64,000 nt of DNA from Janthinobacterium lividum (GCA_050954745.1 JBPBQP010000055.1:470-64469), one strand, 5' to 3'; shown: positions 46,151 through 56,549, counted from the stretch's first letter. Notes: a model not told the origin generated them from the letters alone. Program-made: numbers and translations.

Positions 46151-47193
46151 TCCTGGCGGGAGACGTAGGCGGTACCAAGGTCGATCTGGCGCTGTACGAT
46201 TTTGCCGGCGGCAAGCTGAACGTGGTCCGGCAGGAAAAGTATCCAGCCTCGGCCTACCCGACGCTGCAAGGAGTTGTGCAGGCCTTTCTGGGTACCGGCG
46301 ACGTTGCGGAAAAGGTGGAGCATCAAGTGGTGGCGGCCTGTTTTGGATGCCCCGGCCCCGTCAAGGACGGCCATCTTAAGCTGACCAATCTGCCGTGGGA
46401 GCTTGATTCACGCGATCTGTCGAAGATCCTGAACATCGAACACATCTTCCTGATCAACGACCTGGTGGCGAACGGGTATGGCATCGCCGAGCTTGGCCCC
46501 GACCAGATTTTTGAGTTGGAAGCAGGCGACAAATCTGCCGTAGGACACCGGGCACTCGTCTCCGCTGGTACAGGGCTAGGCGAGGCGCTGCTGATCTGGA
46601 ACAGCGTCTCCCGATCTCACACGCCGCTGCCGTCTGAGGGTGGTCACGCGGATTTTGCCGCCCGCAATCCGTTGGAAATCGAAATGCTGGAGTGGCTGAC
46701 GGCAAAGCTGAACGGCCGCATTTCCTGGGAGCGCGTGGTGAGCGGCCTGGGTCTTAAGAACGTCTATGAGTTTCTGCGCGACGGCAAAAAAATGGAAGAG
46801 CCGGCGTGGCTACGCGAACGCATGGCAACGGAAGATCCGAACTTCGTGATCGGCACCACGGGCGAGGATGGTTCGTGCGAACTGACCGCGAAAACGCTGG
46901 ATGTTTTTTCAGCCTGCTATGGCGCAGAGTGCGGCAACATGGGGCTGAAGCTAATGGCTTCAGGCGGTGTGTACCTAGGGGGCGGTATTCCGCCAAAGAT
47001 CCTGAAGACGCTACAAAACGGATCGTTCCGGCAGGCATTTCTTGATAAGGGCAGGCTGTCGCCGCTGTTGCAGACCATTCCGGTGCGGGTCATCCTGGAA
47101 GAAAAGTGTGCCCTGATCGGTGCGGCGGCTTACGCGGAAGCACGCGCGTCAGAGCTGACCGGCCACAGTGAACGGGCGGCTTCACGGCCCTGA
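46147..47193 (+). CDS. glk: Glucokinase
   Basis: N-terminal ILAGDVGGTKVDLAL, plus a Glk-type (non-ROK) layout with GVYLGGGI. There is an ATGA overlap with pgl. Confidence 0.9.
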   Translation: MILAGDVGGTKVDLALYDFAGGKLNVVRQEKYPASAYPTLQGVVQAFLGTGDVAEKVEHQVVAACFGCPGPVKDGHLKLTNLPWELDSRDLSKILNIEHIFLINDLVANGYGIAELGPDQIFELEAGDKSAVGHRALVSAGTGLGEALLIWNSVSRSHTPLPSEGGHADFAARNPLEIEMLEWLTAKLNGRISWERVVSGLGLKNVYEFLRDGKKMEEPAWLRERMATEDPNFVIGTTGEDGSCELTAKTLDVFSACYGAECGNMGLKLMASGGVYLGGGIPPKILKTLQNGSFRQAFLDKGRLSPLLQTIPVRVILEEKCALIGAAAYAEARASELTGHSERAASRP

Positions 47194-47246
47194 TTGACGT
47201 AGTCTCTAAGGTAAAAACGGGGACGCATGCGCCGTACACTACGGGC

Positions 47247-49781
47247 ATGCGTCTTCATTTTGTGGCTTCGTTCGCCGCCCTGTTTGCCCTGTCCGCCACC
47301 GCCCAGCGCCTGCCTGCCGATGTCCATGCGCAGCACTACGCCCTGCACCTGACGCCCGATCTTAAGACGGCTACCTTTACCGGTGCAGAGACGATTGACG
47401 TTGTGCTGGATCGTCCCAGCACGACGATTATTTTGAACTCGATTGAGCTGAAGATCAGCAGCGTCAAGGCTGGCAAGCAGACCGGCACGGTCGCATACGA
47501 CGAAGGGAAAGAGCAGGCGACCTTCACGTTTCCGGTAGCGCTGCCCGCAGGCAAGGTTTCGCTTGCCATCGATTACACGGGCATCCTGAACGATAAGCTG
47601 CGTGGCTTCTACTTATCCAAAACGGCCAAGCGGAACTATGCTGTGACACAGTTCGAATCCACGGATGCGCGGCGTGCGTTTCCCGCTTTTGATGAACCTG
47701 CCATGAAGGCCACCTTCGATCTTTCGCTGACCGTGGACAAGGGCGACATGGTCATCGCGAACACGAATATGCTGAGCGACAAGCCCGCTGCGAATGGCAT
47801 GCACACGCAGACCTTTGCGACCACGCCGAAGATGTCGACGTACCTACTAGCCTTTCAGGTGGGCGACTGGGTATGCACAAGCGGGCAGGCAGACGGGATT
47901 CCGATCCGGTCCTGCTCCACCCCGGACAAGCTGGCTCTGACGCCCTTCGCCTTGCACGCTGCAGAACACTTTTTGCACTATTACAACCAGTATTTTGGCG
48001 TGAAATACGCCATGCCAAAGCTGGATATGATCGGCATTCCCGACTTTGAAGCCGGTGCCATGGAGAACTGGGGCTGCATCACCTATCGTGAAACTGCGCT
48101 TTTAGTGGATGAAGAGACGGCTCCCTTGAGCGCAAAGAAGTTGGTCGCAGTTGATGTCGCACACGAGATGGCGCACCAGTGGTTTGGCGACCTGGTCACC
48201 ATGCAATGGTGGGACAACCTGTGGCTGAACGAGGGTTTTGCCACCTGGATGGAGTACAAGGCAGTCGATGAGTGGCAGCCTACGTGGGGCCTGCGCGAAG
48301 ACGAAGCACTTGGCCTGAACAGCACGCTGAACCTGGATGCGGCAACGCGCACACGCCCCATCCGGTCGAAGGCAGATACTCCTGCCGAGATCAACGAGCA
48401 GTTCGACGGCATCGCCTACGGCAAGGCTGGCGCGGTCATCGGCATGGTCGAACACTACGTGGGTGACGGTGACTTTCAGAAGGGCCTGCATGCCTACATG
48501 GAGGCACACAAGTTCGGCAATGCCACCGCGGAAGACTTCTGGAATGCACAGACCGCGGCCAGCAAGAAGCCTGTCGACAAGATCATGGAAAGCTTCGTCT
48601 CGCAGCCGGGTGAACCTCTGCTGCAGACTGCATTTTCCAATGACCAGTATACGGTGGGGCAGTCCCGCTTTTTCCTGACACCGCCCGCGCAGACACCGGC
48701 ACAAAGCTGGACGCTTCCGGTCTGTGTACGAGGCGGTGCTTGCCAGGTAATCTCAGGTGCGGGTGTCATCAAGGTGCCTTCGGAAGGCGCCTACATCAAC
48801 GCGGATGGGAAGGGCTTCTATCGCACCAGCTATGACGATGCTTCGGTGAAAACGCTGCTGGCAGCCGCGCCGCAGCTCCGTGCCCCCGAGCGCATTCTGC
48901 TGGTGGGCGACCGCTATGCCCTGCTGCGGGCCGGGCAGGGTACCGTCGGTTCTTACCTCGACCTGGTGGCCGCGTTGAAGGGTGACCCAAACGCCTATGT
49001 TCTGGATCAGAGCCTGAGTGGATACCGTTCCATTCGGGATCGGGTTGCGACCGAGACGCAGACGAAGCAGTTGGGCGCTTGGATCCGTCAGCAGTTTGGG
49101 CCAGTCTATGCGTCCATGGGAACGGGGAAGCCGGGTGAATCGCTGGCCGAAGCACGTCGCCGTGCGATCCTGTTCAACCTGCTGGGTGGCGCAGACGATC
49201 CCGCGACCGTTGCAGAGGCAAAGCAGATTGCCCAGAAGGCGCTTGCCGGCGACACGACGACCGACCCGGAGATGAAGCGTGCTGCGGTAAATATCGCGGC
49301 TGACCACGGGGACGCGGCTCTGTACGACCAACTGCAGCACATCGCCGAAACCAGCAGCAAACCCACCGACAAGACGGACGCGCTGTTCACACTGCCCACC
49401 TTTACAGATGCGGCGCTGGTGCAGCGAACGCTCGACTACGCCGTCAGCGGTAAGGTTCGCAACCAGGACAGCTGGATCCTGTTGGCCTCCCTGCTGCAAA
49501 GACCGGAGTCTCGGGTGCAGGCCTGGGCTTACATCAAGGCCAACTGGGACAAGGTGCACGCGCAATTTACAACGGCAAGCGGTAATCGCGTTGTATCTTC
49601 GACTGGAGCATTCTGCCGCGTGGAAGACCATGCTGACGTGCAGCAATTCTTCGCATCGCACCCGGTGGACGCGTCGGAACGTGCGCTGCGCGATGCGCTG
49701 GATTCGATTGATACGTGCGTGAAGTTCCGTGCCGCGCAGCAGCCTGGGCTGCAGGCGTGGCTAGCAACGGCGGCGCACTAA
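47247..49781 (+). CDS. Secreted M1-family aminopeptidase (aminopeptidase N-like)
   Basis: Signal peptide MRLHFVASFAALFALSATAQ, GAMENWG exopeptidase motif, and HEMAHQWFGDLVTMQWWDNLWLNEGFA zinc motif. Confidence 0.92.
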   Translation: MRLHFVASFAALFALSATAQRLPADVHAQHYALHLTPDLKTATFTGAETIDVVLDRPSTTIILNSIELKISSVKAGKQTGTVAYDEGKEQATFTFPVALPAGKVSLAIDYTGILNDKLRGFYLSKTAKRNYAVTQFESTDARRAFPAFDEPAMKATFDLSLTVDKGDMVIANTNMLSDKPAANGMHTQTFATTPKMSTYLLAFQVGDWVCTSGQADGIPIRSCSTPDKLALTPFALHAAEHFLHYYNQYFGVKYAMPKLDMIGIPDFEAGAMENWGCITYRETALLVDEETAPLSAKKLVAVDVAHEMAHQWFGDLVTMQWWDNLWLNEGFATWMEYKAVDEWQPTWGLREDEALGLNSTLNLDAATRTRPIRSKADTPAEINEQFDGIAYGKAGAVIGMVEHYVGDGDFQKGLHAYMEAHKFGNATAEDFWNAQTAASKKPVDKIMESFVSQPGEPLLQTAFSNDQYTVGQSRFFLTPPAQTPAQSWTLPVCVRGGACQVISGAGVIKVPSEGAYINADGKGFYRTSYDDASVKTLLAAAPQLRAPERILLVGDRYALLRAGQGTVGSYLDLVAALKGDPNAYVLDQSLSGYRSIRDRVATETQTKQLGAWIRQQFGPVYASMGTGKPGESLAEARRRAILFNLLGGADDPATVAEAKQIAQKALAGDTTTDPEMKRAAVNIAADHGDAALYDQLQHIAETSSKPTDKTDALFTLPTFTDAALVQRTLDYAVSGKVRNQDSWILLASLLQRPESRVQAWAYIKANWDKVHAQFTTASGNRVVSSTGAFCRVEDHADVQQFFASHPVDASERALRDALDSIDTCVKFRAAQQPGLQAWLATAAH

Positions 49782-49806
49782 GCGTCTGAATGTAAGGGGG
49801 AGAAGC

Positions 49807-50862
49807 ATGGACGAGCAGAACCGCTACGAAGGCTTCTCCCCATCGGTATACGGCACGCAGGTGGCAGCCCTTCCAGACGTATTTGCGCCGCCTTCCGGAG
49901 CGATAGCGCCACCGCTGCGGCCGCTGTCAACCGGCGAGATTCTTGACCGTACCTTTGCCTTGTATAAGCGCCGCTTTTGGCTGTTCCTTGCCATCGGCAT
50001 GTTGCCCGCCTTGATGGTGGCGCTATCTTCCGCGGCACGGATGCTCTACCTCTCTCTGACCCACCGCATCGACATGGTTCGGCCGGGAGCAAGTCCGGAA
50101 GCGCTTGCAAGTGTGATGGATACAACGCTTCGGATGCAGGTGTACCTTCTACCTGCGTCGGTATTGTTCCTGGTTGCATACGGCCTGTCACACGCGGCCA
50201 CGGTGTATGCGGTAAGCCGGATCTCGCAGGGGCTTGAAGTGACAGCGGGCGAGGCGTATCAGGTGACGCGCGTCCACTGGCTGCGTTGGACCGGCATCGC
50301 TCTGCGCCAGTTCTGGAGTGTGGTTTGGCCGGTTCTGCCAGTAGCCGCAGTGCTTGGTTTTGGCGTTTTCGCGGCACGCGGCAATACCGTCCTGGTCGGT
50401 CTACTTTCGCTGGGCTTTGCCCTGTTGCTGCCCGCTGCCCTGGTGTTCGGAGTGATCAACCTGCTGCGCAATGCTTTAAGTATGCCGGCGGGTGCGCAGG
50501 AAAACCTTGGCGTCAACGCTGCCATGCGCCGCTCCAAGGCCCTGGCTGCGGGTCGCAAGGGCCGCATCTTCTTGTCGCTGCTGCTGGTGTATGCGTTGCA
50601 GATGGTGGCGGGTGCGCTGCAGTTGCCGTTCGTCTGGCTGGCTGTGACCACGCGGGGCGCGGAGCACATCGTGCTGCAGGCGGCGCAGCTGCTGATCTCG
50701 TTCGTGGCAACGGCTCTGGTTGCTCCCGTAGCGTCAATTGCCTTGACGCTGCTGTACGTGGACGAGCGTGTGCGGCGCGAAGGCTATGACATTGAAGTGA
50801 TGATGCAGCATACCTTTCGCCCAGCCCCGAGCAGCACCCCCGCAGGTACCTACCAGGCATGA
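49807..50862 (+). CDS. Polytopic membrane protein of unknown function; first gene of the MoxR cluster
   Basis: 351 aa. The cytoplasmic N-terminus is followed by LSTGEILDRTFALYKRRFWLFLAIG and about 6 TM segments. There is a 4-nt overlap with the next gene. The family assignment (DUF975/YciC-like) is only a guess. Confidence 0.6.
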   Translation: MDEQNRYEGFSPSVYGTQVAALPDVFAPPSGAIAPPLRPLSTGEILDRTFALYKRRFWLFLAIGMLPALMVALSSAARMLYLSLTHRIDMVRPGASPEALASVMDTTLRMQVYLLPASVLFLVAYGLSHAATVYAVSRISQGLEVTAGEAYQVTRVHWLRWTGIALRQFWSVVWPVLPVAAVLGFGVFAARGNTVLVGLLSLGFALLLPAALVFGVINLLRNALSMPAGAQENLGVNAAMRRSKALAAGRKGRIFLSLLLVYALQMVAGALQLPFVWLAVTTRGAEHIVLQAAQLLISFVATALVAPVASIALTLLYVDERVRREGYDIEVMMQHTFRPAPSSTPAGTYQA

Positions 50863-51890
50863 GGGCTTGCCTGCGTCGTCATCTTTACCAAACGCTTTCC
50901 GTAAGCTTTCTGCTGACGGCAGGGCTGGGCGGGCAGGTGCCGCAACCCTCTTTGCCGCATGCCGGTCTGCCGGGTCTGAAGACGGCCTCAACCGAGCAGT
51001 ATCGCAATCATCTGCAGGCGCTTCAGCAACTGGTGCGCGACTGCATACAGCGCGCCGACGCGTGCGACACAGCACAGGTTGGCGATCTGGACGACTTCGT
51101 GAGAGCGGACGCGGGAGCACCCTATATCGAGCGTTACGGCTGGTTGCGTGACCTGCTTGTCGACCGCAACGATCCGGAGCACAAGCGCCGGACTGATTTG
51201 CTGCCCCACGCGGCACAGCGGCTCGCAGAGCAGGTTGCAGAACTTGATTCGCCCGTTGCTGCCGCGCCGCTTACCACGCAACAAAAATCTGCGCGCACGG
51301 CTGTGCTGGCACAGCGTGAGTTCCGCACGACGCAGGATTATTCCCTGACGGAACGGCTGGCTGCATGGGTCTCAAACTTGCTGAGTAAACTGTTCGGCGG
51401 ATTCTCCACGCTGGGCCGCATGGCACCGTGGCTGGGCACGGCGTTACAGTGGGGCGCCTTGTTGCTGACGGCGGTGTTGCTGCTGGTGTGGGTCTACCGA
51501 GCGCTGGACCGGCAGCGGATTGCGCTGGGCAAACTACACACCGACTCCGCTGCCAATGCCGCGCAGGCAGAGTCTCGTGCGTGGGCCGCGATGGCACAGC
51601 AGCACGCCGAACGGGGCGCGTGGCGGGACGCGGTGCATGCGCTCTACTGGGCCTCGATTGTTGCGCTGGAGGATCGCCGCACCCTGCGTCGCAGCGGTAC
51701 GCGCACGCCACGCGAGGCCTTGCGGTTGATCGATCCAGCCTCGCACCTGCGCGAGCCACTGCACGCGCAGACAGGCGAGTTTGAGCGCATCTGGTACGGT
51801 CAGCAGCCTGCCGCGCAGGACGACTACCAGTCCGCTCTGCGGAACTACGAGTCGCTGCGACAGCGCAACGCAAAGGCCGTCGCCGTATGA
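50859..51890 (+). CDS. DUF4129-domain membrane protein
   Basis: Signal/TM segment, a central TM (WLGTALQWGALLLTAVLLLVWVY), and a C-terminal helical region (WRDAVHALYWASIVALEDRRTLRRSGTRTPREALRLI...FERIWYG) that resembles DUF4129. Confidence 0.55.
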   Translation: MRACLRRHLYQTLSVSFLLTAGLGGQVPQPSLPHAGLPGLKTASTEQYRNHLQALQQLVRDCIQRADACDTAQVGDLDDFVRADAGAPYIERYGWLRDLLVDRNDPEHKRRTDLLPHAAQRLAEQVAELDSPVAAAPLTTQQKSARTAVLAQREFRTTQDYSLTERLAAWVSNLLSKLFGGFSTLGRMAPWLGTALQWGALLLTAVLLLVWVYRALDRQRIALGKLHTDSAANAAQAESRAWAAMAQQHAERGAWRDAVHALYWASIVALEDRRTLRRSGTRTPREALRLIDPASHLREPLHAQTGEFERIWYGQQPAAQDDYQSALRNYESLRQRNAKAVAV

Positions 51891-53107
51891 GTGCTGCAGG
51901 TGCGGATCGGCGCATCGTGTTCTGGCTCGCCGGCGGCGTTTTGCTGCTCATTCTGCTGACGGTGATCTTTGCGCCGGTGAACAGCGACGATGATGCCCGG
52001 CCCACCACCTACAACTCCGGTACGCATGGAGCGAAAGCCGCGTACCTGCTGCTGGGCGAGCTTGGTTATACCGCGGCTCGCTCCGACGAAGATGCGGTTG
52101 CGGCGCTGGACCGTGCGGACGCCCAGCACACCACCTACATCCTTGCCGAGCCGAATGCGCCTGGCGAAGAAGCCCAGAAGCGAGAGTATGCCGCGCTGCA
52201 CCGTTTTCTGGATCGCGGTGGACGGGTACTGGCCACAGGCTTTGCCGGTGCGCATTTTCTGCCCGGCGGCCGCACCGGCGAGGTGACGCAGATGTTGAAC
52301 GGCCTGTGCACGACGACCACGGAAGGCCGCAGCGCCTATGCCGCGGTGGGGCCGGTCTCAACGTACGACTTCGCGCCGTGGAACGCAGCGGAGCCGCTGG
52401 TGCGTGTGGATCATCGCTGCGGCAACGACGCCGTCGTGGTGCATCGCAGCTTCCCGAATGGCGGTGAAATGGTCTGGTGGAGCACGGCGGAACCGCTCAC
52501 CAATCGAGGCATCGGGCAGGACAGCAGCCTGCACCTGCTGCTGGCGGCGGTGGGCCCCGCTGCTGGCAGGCACGTCATCTTTGACGAGTTCTACCACGGT
52601 GCCCAGGGTTCGCCTTCGGACTACCTGAAGGGGCTGCCGCTGCGGTCGCTTGCCGCGCAGGTGCTGCTGCTGTTCGGTCTGCTCGTTTTCAGCTTTAGTC
52701 GCCGCAGCGGCCCGGTGCGCGACCCGGTGTATGCGCGTCGCACGTCACCGATCGAGTTTGCGCAGAATATGGGCGCGCTCTACGAACGTGCGGGTGCAAC
52801 GCAGCCCGCGACGGAGGCGGCGCGACGTCGTCTGCTGCACTTTTTGGCAACGGTGTCCGGCCTGCCCATGGACGTGGTGCGCGGCCCAGCTGACGGTATC
52901 GCAACGATGGTTCATAGCCGGTTCCGCATGGATGCGGCCCCGTTGCAAGGTGCGCTGGAGCAGGCGGAGGCGGCGCGGTACGAACGCCTGCGACCGCGTG
53001 AGGCGTTGCTGGTGGTGCGCAACCTGGACCGGCAACGTGAACATCTGCAGGCCGCGATGAAGGCAGGGAAACGACAACCTGACCAGGAAGCCGTTACATT
53101 CGAATGA
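51887..53107 (+). CDS. DUF4350-domain protein
   Basis: N-terminal TM (IVFWLAGGVLLLILLTVIF), then TTYNSGTHGAKAAYLLLGELGY, typical of DUF4350, with a second TM near residue 250. It has 4-nt overlaps on both sides. Confidence 0.55.
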   Translation: MSAAGADRRIVFWLAGGVLLLILLTVIFAPVNSDDDARPTTYNSGTHGAKAAYLLLGELGYTAARSDEDAVAALDRADAQHTTYILAEPNAPGEEAQKREYAALHRFLDRGGRVLATGFAGAHFLPGGRTGEVTQMLNGLCTTTTEGRSAYAAVGPVSTYDFAPWNAAEPLVRVDHRCGNDAVVVHRSFPNGGEMVWWSTAEPLTNRGIGQDSSLHLLLAAVGPAAGRHVIFDEFYHGAQGSPSDYLKGLPLRSLAAQVLLLFGLLVFSFSRRSGPVRDPVYARRTSPIEFAQNMGALYERAGATQPATEAARRRLLHFLATVSGLPMDVVRGPADGIATMVHSRFRMDAAPLQGALEQAEAARYERLRPREALLVVRNLDRQREHLQAAMKAGKRQPDQEAVTFE

Positions 53108-54084
53108 CATTGGGAGAAGACGCATTGACACAGACAGGGAGCCCCTCGCTGGAGCTTTTTCGCAGCGGCCGCGAAGAACTCGGACGCGTTTTGGCCGGGC
53201 AGGATGAACTGATCGAGCAGGCGCTGTTGACCCTGCTGTGCGGTGGCCATGCGCTGATTGAGGGCGTGCCCGGCGTGGCCAAAACGCTTGCCGTGAAAAC
53301 GCTTGCACGCTTCCTGGCGCTGGACTATCGGCGTGTGCAGGGAACGCCGGACACGATGCCCGCAGACATCCTGGGCACCAACATCTTTTCGCCGAAGACG
53401 GGTGAGTTTTCGCTCCATCGCGGTCCCGTGTTCACGCAGTTCATGCTGGCTGACGAGATCAACCGCATGCCTCCGCGCACGCAGGCCGCGCTGCTGGAAA
53501 GTATGGAAGAGCGGCAGGTCACTCTGGACGGCGAGACCTATCCGCTGGACCCGTACTTCACGGTGTTCGCAACGCAAAATCCGCTGGAGTTCGAGGGCAC
53601 GTACCCGCTGCCAGAGGCGCAGCTTGACCGCTTCCTGTTGAAGATCCACGTTGGCTATCCGACTTCTGCAGAAGAGCGCGTGGTACTGGAACGGCACCAT
53701 GCGCTGCGCACCGGGTGCCGCCTGGAAGATGTCGCGATTGCCGCCGTGGCACCGGAGTTGCTGGAGGCCGCACGGCAGGAGGTACGTGCCGTGGAGGTGG
53801 AGCCCGCGCTGTTTGAGTACCTGCTGGCCGTGGTGCGTCGTACGCGCGAATGGCCCACGCTGGCGCTGGGTGCGTCACCGCGTGCCTCGGCGAGCCTGCT
53901 GCTGGTGGCCAAGGCGTACGCGGCTCGTGATGGTCGCACATTTTTGCTGCCCGACGATGTGAAGGCTGCGGCCGCGCCAACGCTCCGGCACCGCTTGCTG
54001 TTGAAGCCAGAGGCAGAGCTGGAAGGCTTCAGCACCGACCGCGTCGTGGCAGATATTCTGGCGGCCGTGCCGCTTCCAAAGTAG
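53104..54084 (+). CDS. MoxR-family AAA+ ATPase
   Basis: Walker A IEGVPGVAKT, Walker B FMLADEINRMPPRTQAALLESMEE, and FTVFATQNPLEFEGTYPLPEAQLDRF. Confidence 0.93.
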   Translation: MTLGEDALTQTGSPSLELFRSGREELGRVLAGQDELIEQALLTLLCGGHALIEGVPGVAKTLAVKTLARFLALDYRRVQGTPDTMPADILGTNIFSPKTGEFSLHRGPVFTQFMLADEINRMPPRTQAALLESMEERQVTLDGETYPLDPYFTVFATQNPLEFEGTYPLPEAQLDRFLLKIHVGYPTSAEERVVLERHHALRTGCRLEDVAIAAVAPELLEAARQEVRAVEVEPALFEYLLAVVRRTREWPTLALGASPRASASLLLVAKAYAARDGRTFLLPDDVKAAAAPTLRHRLLLKPEAELEGFSTDRVVADILAAVPLPK

Positions 54085-54088
54085 GCAC

Positions 54089-55519
54089 GTGCAGACGCTG
54101 ATCCCGGAACCGGTCACGAACATCGCGCACCCTGTGGGCAGGCGCTTTGGCCGTGTGCTCGGCTTTGGGCTGACGCCGCGTGCGCTGCTGTTGCTGGCCG
54201 CGGCGGCGTTGCTCAGCGTCCCGGCCTTTTTGCACCCGGGTACACCCTGGCTGATGTTTGGCGTGGATGCGCTGCTGCTGGTGACGTGTCTGGCGGATGC
54301 AGCCACCCTGCCTGCGCCGGAACGCTTCAGCGTGACACGTCGCTTTGTACACGCGCCGGAAATTGGTCGCGCCGTCGAAGTAGAGCTCTCCGTACAACAG
54401 GATGGAGGAGGCGTCTCTACGCTTCGGCTGATCGACGATCTGCACACTTCGATACAGCACGGAGCAGCGCCGCTGCACGCCGTTAGTTACCCAAACGATC
54501 TAGTCGGTGTGCAGTACGCGGCGGTCCCATCGCAGCGTGGAGATGTGTTGCTTGGCGGAGCGTACGTTCGTTATCGCAGTGTGCTGGGGCTTGCCGAGCG
54601 GTGGTCGGTTGCAGACCTGCAGCAGACCGTGCGTGTCTACGCCGCAGGGGAGCAGGCCAGCGAGTCAGCGTCCATCTACCTGCTACGCGCGCGGCAGATC
54701 GAGATGGAAAAGCGCAGGCTGCGTCGCATTGGCTTGGGCCGCGAATTTGAGACCATGCGCGACTACCAGCCGGGTGATGAGATGCGCAACATCTCTTGGA
54801 CGGCGACGGCGCGGCACAATCGCCTGATCACGCAGCAGTTCACGACGGAGCGCTCGCAGCAGGTATGGATCGTCATTGACGCCGGTCGCTTGTCTCGTAC
54901 GGCCTACCGCATGGAAGCCGTCCTTGGCAATGGTGGTCACGATGAGGCGCACGTAGTGACGCAGCTGGACCAGGCAGCGTCTGCCGCGGGTCTGCTGGCA
55001 CGCGTTGTGGGGCAGTCCGGCGACAAACTGGCGTTGCTGACGTATGGCCGCCGTGTGCAGCAGCAGCTGCTGCCGGGTGCGGGTCACCTGCATCTGCGGC
55101 GCGTGCTGGACGCGTTGTCGCAGGTTCGTTCGGAGGCTGCGGAGGCGGACCACCTGCTGGCTGCCACACGCCTGCGGCAACTGCAGCGGCGTCGCGGCCT
55201 GGTGCTTTGGGTTACGGAGATGACCGAGAGCGTGGGCAGGCCGGAGATTGTGGCCGCGGTATCCAGCCTGGTGCGGAGGCACCTGGTGGTGCTGGTGCTG
55301 CTGCAACATCCGGAACTGACGGCGCTGGCAGAAGGCGCGCCGGCAGATGCGCGCGGCATGTACAGAAGCACCGCCGCGCAGGAGATGCTGGAGCAGCGTC
55401 GTGCCACGCTTGCAACGCTGCGGGCGCAGGGAGTGCTGGTGATCGAGACAACCGCTGCAGGCATTGCAGCCGATGCGATTTCGCAGTATCTCGAGATCAA
55501 GGCACAGGGGCGGCTTTAG
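54089..55519 (+). CDS. DUF58-domain protein (vWA-like MoxR partner) with an N-terminal TM pair
   Basis: GTG start. The DUF58 signature FETMRDYQPGDEMRNISWTATAR is followed by a vWA-like VWIVIDAGR. Confidence 0.85.
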   Translation: MQTLIPEPVTNIAHPVGRRFGRVLGFGLTPRALLLLAAAALLSVPAFLHPGTPWLMFGVDALLLVTCLADAATLPAPERFSVTRRFVHAPEIGRAVEVELSVQQDGGGVSTLRLIDDLHTSIQHGAAPLHAVSYPNDLVGVQYAAVPSQRGDVLLGGAYVRYRSVLGLAERWSVADLQQTVRVYAAGEQASESASIYLLRARQIEMEKRRLRRIGLGREFETMRDYQPGDEMRNISWTATARHNRLITQQFTTERSQQVWIVIDAGRLSRTAYRMEAVLGNGGHDEAHVVTQLDQAASAAGLLARVVGQSGDKLALLTYGRRVQQQLLPGAGHLHLRRVLDALSQVRSEAAEADHLLAATRLRQLQRRRGLVLWVTEMTESVGRPEIVAAVSSLVRRHLVVLVLLQHPELTALAEGAPADARGMYRSTAAQEMLEQRRATLATLRAQGVLVIETTAAGIAADAISQYLEIKAQGRL

Positions 55520-56520
55520 ACGGCGGCGGTGCCCATGCGCGGCGTCGTGCTCGGATCAGCACCTGGCGCGGACGTTTCTCGTCCGCCTTCGCTTAACCAG
55601 TAACAAAGCCCGGAGAAAAGCAGTCCGCTGACCGCGAATTTGACCGGACGGGGCGCAGCCGTTGGCGAAAGAAACGCCTCCAGCAGGCCCGCCACAAACA
55701 GCAGCGGAATGGTGCCGGCCAGCAGCCTTACCGCTTCGCCACCAGCGCGTGCCAGTGCCGTGCGTCGCGACAGGATGCCAGGGAACAGGAGGCCGCTGGC
55801 GATGCGCAGACCCGCGCCGCCTGCGATGAAGATGCTGGGCAGCTCCAGCGCGCCGTGTGCCGCGACGAAGCTCCACAGATCGCCAGCCATGCCGTGCTGC
55901 GCACACGCGGTGGAGATGATGCCGACGCTCATCCCGTTCCAGAACAGCATCAGGATCGTAGGCAGCCCGCCCAGAATGCCGCCCGCAAACACCATGAAGG
56001 TGACCGTGATGTTGTTGGTCATGATGAAGCTGGATTCCTGCGGCTTCGCGCTCAGCACGCTCTTTGTCCACATCTCATGGCGCTCGATGGTGGCGACCAT
56101 CTCCGGACCTATCGTGGCCCGCATGAACTGCGGCCGCACCATCGACTCTACCGTGCCCAGCAGCGCACCCAGCAGGCACAGCGCAACCGAGACCGCCACG
56201 TAGGGCAGAAGGCGGCGAAACAGGCGGGGATAATCCACCGAGAGAAAGCGCCACACGCTGAGCAGGCTGGTGCGCTGGCCGCTGTAAACGTGGTTGTGGG
56301 CGCGGCTGACCAGTCGGTTCAGGTACTCTGCCAGCGCCTGCGCGGTGGTGTCGCTGCGCACGACGGAGAGGTCTGCGGCGGCGCGTCGGTACAGCAGGCC
56401 GAGGTCCCGCACATCGTCGGCCGGCAGCGTTTTCAGGCCCCTGGTTTCGACTGCGCGCGTCAGCGCATCCAGCCTGTCCCAGTCCGCGCGATGCGCCGCA
56501 ATCCAGCCGTTCGAGACCAT
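55516..56520 (-). CDS. SpoIIM-like (DUF95) integral membrane protein
   Basis: 334 aa. The N-terminal helical domain (WDRLDALTRAVETRGLKTL...LYRRAAADLSVVR) plus about 6 TM segments is typical of stage II sporulation protein M homologs. The stop overlaps the convergent DUF58 gene by 4 nt. Confidence 0.7.
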   Translation of the reverse strand: MVSNGWIAAHRADWDRLDALTRAVETRGLKTLPADDVRDLGLLYRRAAADLSVVRSDTTAQALAEYLNRLVSRAHNHVYSGQRTSLLSVWRFLSVDYPRLFRRLLPYVAVSVALCLLGALLGTVESMVRPQFMRATIGPEMVATIERHEMWTKSVLSAKPQESSFIMTNNITVTFMVFAGGILGGLPTILMLFWNGMSVGIISTACAQHGMAGDLWSFVAAHGALELPSIFIAGGAGLRIASGLLFPGILSRRTALARAGGEAVRLLAGTIPLLFVAGLLEAFLSPTAAPRPVKFAVSGLLFSGLCYWLSEGGRETSAPGADPSTTPRMGTAAV

Positions 56521-56549
56521 ACACTGATGCTAACCGGGAGACTGCCCAC

